A DNA stretch of 64,000 nt from an uncultured Alphaproteobacteria bacterium (lineage in GTDB: Bacteria > Pseudomonadota > Alphaproteobacteria > MPNO01 > DASWLB01), in NCBI GenBank assembly GCA_963822575.1, contig CAWGHZ010000002.1, positions 327,115 to 391,114 of the forward strand, in the 5' to 3' direction. The notes below the pieces were generated by a model. That model saw only the letters and a program-made list of their open reading frames with translations. It made no database searches and was not told where the DNA came from. How positions within the stretch are numbered: position 1 is the first letter of the stretch; each line of letters begins with the position of its first letter. This document shows positions 60,768 through 64,000 of this stretch, piece by piece. A program made the translations under genes and the position numbers.

Positions 60768-62173
60768 TCGAGCACGTAGCCGACGGGGCCGACCAGCCCC
60801 TGGCCGCCGGCGCCGACCACACGCCCATGGCCCGTGCCGGCCGACGGGTGCTCCATGCGGCCGAACAGGATGCGGTCGACGTCGGTCGGCGGGATCAGCC
60901 CGTCGGTCGGCGCGGCGACCTTGGTCGAGACGAGCGGGCGCACGATATAGGGCGTGACGATGATCACCAGCTCGGACTCGTTGCGCTGGAACTGGTCGGA
61001 TTGGAACAGCGGCCCCAGCACCGGCAGGTCGGCCAGCCCCGGCAGCTTGTTCAGGCTATGGGTCAAATTGTTCTGCAACAGGCCGGCGATCACGAAGCTC
61101 TGGCCGCTGCCGAGCTGGACGGTGGTCTCGGCGCGCCGCGTGGTCAGCGCCGGGATCGTGAAGTTGTTGAGGGTGACCGCGCCGGTGTTGGACAGCTGGC
61201 TCACCTCAGGGCTCACCTTGAGGGTGATGCGATTCTGGCCGACCAGCACCGGCTTGAAGCCGAGGGACACGCCGAACTGCTTGAATTGGACCGTGACGCG
61301 GTTGTTGTCGTCGGGCACCAGGATCGGGAACTCGCCGCCGGCGAGGAACGTCGCCTGCTCGCCCGACACGGCGGTCAGGTTCGGCTCGGCGAGGACCGTG
61401 ATCAGCCCCTGGTTGTCGAGCGCGTCGACCAGGCCGTTGATGTCGACGTGACCGGTCTTGAAGCTGCCGAATATGCTGTTGGTGCTGTTCCCGACGGCGT
61501 GTCCTGCGAGCGCGCCGACGGCCGCAATCGGATTGCCCGTCGCGAGACCGAAGGCGAACTTGCCGGCGTTGACGATCGCGTCCCAGTTGATCCCCAGCGT
61601 CTTGAGCACGCTGCGCGACACCTCGGCGACGCGCACACGAAGCTGCACCTGGTTGGGCGCGTCGACGGTCATATGGTTGATCAGCGCGGCGTCGTCCTTG
61701 ACGAGCTGGCGGGCCAGCTTGCGCGCCTCCTCGGCGTCGCGGGCGCTGGGCACCGCGCCCGACAGCATGATGGCGCCGTCGACCGAGCCCACGTTGATCG
61801 CGGCGTCGGGCAGCATGCGCTTCAACGCGTCGCGCAGGCGGGTGAGGTTCTGCGTCACGCTGACGGTGCGCGACAAGAGCACCTGTTCCTGCGCGTCGAC
61901 GGCATAAAGCGTGGTTTCGCCCGGCTTCTTGCCAAACACGTAAATCAGCCGGGGCGACTTCACCTGCACGTCGGCGATGTCGGGATCGGCGATGAACACC
62001 GTGGCGGCGGGGCGCGACAGGCGCACCAGCTCGCCCTTGTTGCCGTCGAGCTCGATCGTCGGGCCGGAGGTGCCGATCACTTCGGCGCCGTGTGCGGCGG
62101 GCCGGGGCACGGAAGCGAGCGCCGCGCCCAGGACGAGGGCCCAGAGGACCCCGCGGATCGCGCGGGCGCTCAC
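60764..62173 (-). CDS. cpaC: Tad pilus secretin CpaC/RcpA, ~469 aa (GTG start overlapping the cpaB stop)
   Basis: Signal peptide, BON-like N-domain and a C-terminal secretin domain (LNKLPGLADLPVLGPLFQS...VIIVTPYIV). Confidence 0.8.
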   Translation of the reverse strand: MSARAIRGVLWALVLGAALASVPRPAAHGAEVIGTSGPTIELDGNKGELVRLSRPAATVFIADPDIADVQVKSPRLIYVFGKKPGETTLYAVDAQEQVLLSRTVSVTQNLTRLRDALKRMLPDAAINVGSVDGAIMLSGAVPSARDAEEARKLARQLVKDDAALINHMTVDAPNQVQLRVRVAEVSRSVLKTLGINWDAIVNAGKFAFGLATGNPIAAVGALAGHAVGNSTNSIFGSFKTGHVDINGLVDALDNQGLITVLAEPNLTAVSGEQATFLAGGEFPILVPDDNNRVTVQFKQFGVSLGFKPVLVGQNRITLKVSPEVSQLSNTGAVTLNNFTIPALTTRRAETTVQLGSGQSFVIAGLLQNNLTHSLNKLPGLADLPVLGPLFQSDQFQRNESELVIIVTPYIVRPLVSTKVAAPTDGLIPPTDVDRILFGRMEHPSAGTGHGRVVGAGGQGLVGPVGYVLD

Positions 62174-63159
62174 GGCAGCACCGGGGCGGCGACGGGCGCC
62201 GCGGCGAGGGGGGCCTTGGCGGCGGCGAGGACGCTCGATCCGGCGCCGCGCGCGATGGCGGCGACCGGTACGTTGTGGCCGGGCGCGGCCGGCGTGGGGT
62301 GCGGCGCCATGCTTGCGGCCGAGGCGGCCGTCGGCACCGCCTCGGACTTGGCGCCGTGCACGACCTGGATCTGCTGCGGCCCGCCGAAGCTGCGTCCGAC
62401 CACGGCGCTCACCTGGTTGTCCCAGGTGACGCCGCGCCCGCGGCTTGCCACCACCGGATCCTCGGTGGCGAGGCTCCTGAGGCTGAGCGAGAGCTTGCCG
62501 AGCTGCTCGGCGACGGCGACGTCCTCGGCCTGCTTGGGCGTGACCTCGAGCGTCACGGTCTTGCCGACGGCGGGCTTGTGGTCGCCGTCCGACGTACGCT
62601 GGTCGATCGCCAGCACCCGGAGGTCGGTCAGCACCGTCTCGCTCGCCCGGCGCATCGGTGCCGCCTCGGTGTTCGCGGTGCGGATGCCCTGGGCGAGGAT
62701 GAGGTCGACCCGGTCGCCGGGGAAGACGAGGCCGGAGATGCCGGTTTCGGCCGTGATCGGCACCGAGACGGCGCGCAGCCCGGGCTTGAGCACGGCGGCG
62801 AGGAAGCCGCGCGTGCCGGGCTTCACCAGCCGGGCCTCGGTCACCGGTTCGCCCGGCGCGACGTCCTGGCGCGCGACCGACCCGACGAAGGCGGAAAGCT
62901 CGGTCTTGCCCTTCAAGGCGTAATTCGCCGCGATGCCCTTTTCCGGCCAGGGCTGCCATTTGAGCTCGTCCGGCTTGACGAACGTGCCGGTGGCGATCGG
63001 CTTGGCCGCGACCAGCACCTCCTTGGCGGGTTCGGTTTTCTTCACCGGCGCGGCGGCGACGGCGGCGCGCTGGTTGTCGAGCCAGTGCCGCGCGAAGAGC
63101 GCGGTCGCCCCGGCGAGCGAGAGCGCCACGAAGGCGAGGATCAGGGTGCGGGCGTTCAT
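62170..63159 (-). CDS. cpaB: Flp pilus assembly protein CpaB (SAF domain), ~329 aa
   Basis: ATG at 63159 with GGGAGAG upstream. N-terminal TM segment LILAFVALSLAGATALFA. Confidence 0.75.
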   Translation of the reverse strand: MNARTLILAFVALSLAGATALFARHWLDNQRAAVAAAPVKKTEPAKEVLVAAKPIATGTFVKPDELKWQPWPEKGIAANYALKGKTELSAFVGSVARQDVAPGEPVTEARLVKPGTRGFLAAVLKPGLRAVSVPITAETGISGLVFPGDRVDLILAQGIRTANTEAAPMRRASETVLTDLRVLAIDQRTSDGDHKPAVGKTVTLEVTPKQAEDVAVAEQLGKLSLSLRSLATEDPVVASRGRGVTWDNQVSAVVGRSFGGPQQIQVVHGAKSEAVPTAASAASMAPHPTPAAPGHNVPVAAIARGAGSSVLAAAKAPLAAAPVAAPVLP

Positions 63160-63172
63160 CGGACTCTCCCGG

Positions 63173-63640
63173 TCACGCGATGGCGAGGTTGGCGGCGACA
63201 CCGAGGCCGCCCAGGGCAATGGCGGCGCCATAGGGCACCGAAGTGCGGAAGAACGAGCGCCGCATCGGGCCGGACGCCGGTTCCGACGCCGGCCTCAGCC
63301 GCGCGGCGACGAGCACCGCGATGGACAGCAGCCCGCCGGCGACGGACGTCAGCAGCACGAAGGCGAGCATCAAGTGCGGCCCGGCCCACAGCGCGATGGC
63401 CGACATCAGCTTGACGTCGCCGCCGCCCACGAGCCCGCGCGAGAACAGCACGAGCCCGGTGGCGAGCGTCGCCACAGCGAGGCCGGGCGCGGCGAGCCAG
63501 GCGACGGGGGCAGCGCCCGTCAGGGCGAACGCCGGCCAAAGCAGAGCGATGGCGGCGCTCAGCGAATTGGGAATGACGAACGAGGTGAGGTCGCTCACCG
63601 CCGCCCAGATCAAAAGGCCGACGAAGCCGAAGAACACCAT
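63173..63640 (-). CDS. cpaA: Prepilin peptidase CpaA (A24 family), ~155 aa; start uncertain
   Basis: Multi-TM protein with the motif LVGGGDVKLMSAIALWAG typical of A24 prepilin peptidases. Confidence 0.7.
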   Translation of the reverse strand: MVFFGFVGLLIWAAVSDLTSFVIPNSLSAAIALLWPAFALTGAAPVAWLAAPGLAVATLATGLVLFSRGLVGGGDVKLMSAIALWAGPHLMLAFVLLTSVAGGLLSIAVLVAARLRPASEPASGPMRRSFFRTSVPYGAAIALGGLGVAANLAIA

Positions 63641-63780
63641 GTGATGGATCAGGGCGGGGAGGAAGGCGGTCACGGTTCGGAGTCTCTTTGGACGTTTTTG
63701 TCGGGGTGGGGGAGGGAAGAGGGGCGGCACGGGGCCGCCCCTCCGCTCCACTTCCCTGCCGGCATGCGCCGGCGGTCCGG

Positions 63781-63957
63781 TCAGGTACCGGCCGCGTCGA
63801 GCTGACCCGACACGCGGTTGAAGATACCGGTGAGCGAGTCGCCCAGCGTGGTCAGGGCGCCGATCAGGGCGACGGCAACGAGGGCGGCGATCAGGCCGTA
63901 CTCGATGGCGGTCGCTCCGGATTCGTCGTGCAGCAAGCTCTTGAAGGTCGAATACAT
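63781..63957 (-). CDS. flp: Flp/Fap-family type IVb pilin, 58 aa (below the ORF-track length cutoff)
   Basis: Manual translation gives MYSTFKSLLHDESGATAIEYGLIAALVAVALIGALTTLGDSLTGIFNRVSGQLDAAGT. The conserved Flp motif (G)ATAIEYGLI is present. GGAGG lies 8 nt upstream of the ATG. Confidence 0.75.
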   Translation of the reverse strand: MYSTFKSLLHDESGATAIEYGLIAALVAVALIGALTTLGDSLTGIFNRVSGQLDAAGT

Positions 63958-64000
63958 GGTCGGATACCTCCGCGTTGAAGTGGACGGTCCGACACTAGGC

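Overview
The window is high-GC (~68-70%) DNA with hallmarks of an alphaproteobacterial (Rhizobiales-like) chromosome: a MucR/Ros regulator, the conserved glyA-nrdR-ribD-ribE-ribBA-ribH-nusB-thiL housekeeping block, a LIV-type branched-chain amino-acid ABC transporter, and a complete Flp/Tad (Cpa) pilus locus.

Layout, in order:
- **1-12.6 kb (minus strand):** a type I secretion operon. It encodes a HlyD-type adaptor, a PrtD-type ABC exporter and a ~3,050-codon giant RTX protein. That protein has an N-terminal FecR-like domain, a poly-Q/poly-P/poly-(GGGT) low-complexity linker, a NIDO-like domain, many GGxGxD repeats and a C-terminal secretion-signal region.
- **13.0-15.2 kb:** a divergently transcribed CHASE2 class-III adenylate cyclase.
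- **15-29 kb:** an aromatic/amino-aromatic catabolism-like cluster. It contains cupins, an amidohydrolase-2, fumarylacetoacetase flanked by two MetE-like paralogs, a DMT exporter, an SsuA-like binding protein, HBD and SDR dehydrogenases, two cyclase/arylformamidase-family paralogs and an ACAD-fold flavin monooxygenase.
- **29.5-33 kb:** a 1,180-aa multi-PAS sensor histidine kinase.
- **33.3-38.3 kb:** livHMGF plus a LivK-like binding protein.
- **38.4-46 kb:** mucR and the glyA/riboflavin/nusB/thiL block.
- **46-53.6 kb:** small genes, namely a GH3 amido-synthetase, a hotdog thioesterase, a GNAT, a Rieske protein, an EgtD-like methyltransferase and a MarR regulator.
- **53.6-64 kb (minus strand):** the Tad locus in the order flp-cpaABCDEF-tadBC-tadE-like x2.

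Main oddities:
- A DsbA/FrnE-family gene has an in-frame TGA exactly at the first Cys of its CxxC motif, with a strong RBS and start upstream. It is a candidate UxxC selenoprotein.
- A ~0.77 kb island of ~49% GC fuses a foreign 165-aa helical tail onto the 3-hydroxyacyl-CoA dehydrogenase ORF.
- At least 12 single-base insertions break reading frames, including glyA, nrdR, ribE and ribBA. Their essentiality argues for sequence/assembly error rather than pseudogenisation.

No rRNA, tRNA, CRISPR array or transposase genes were recognised.
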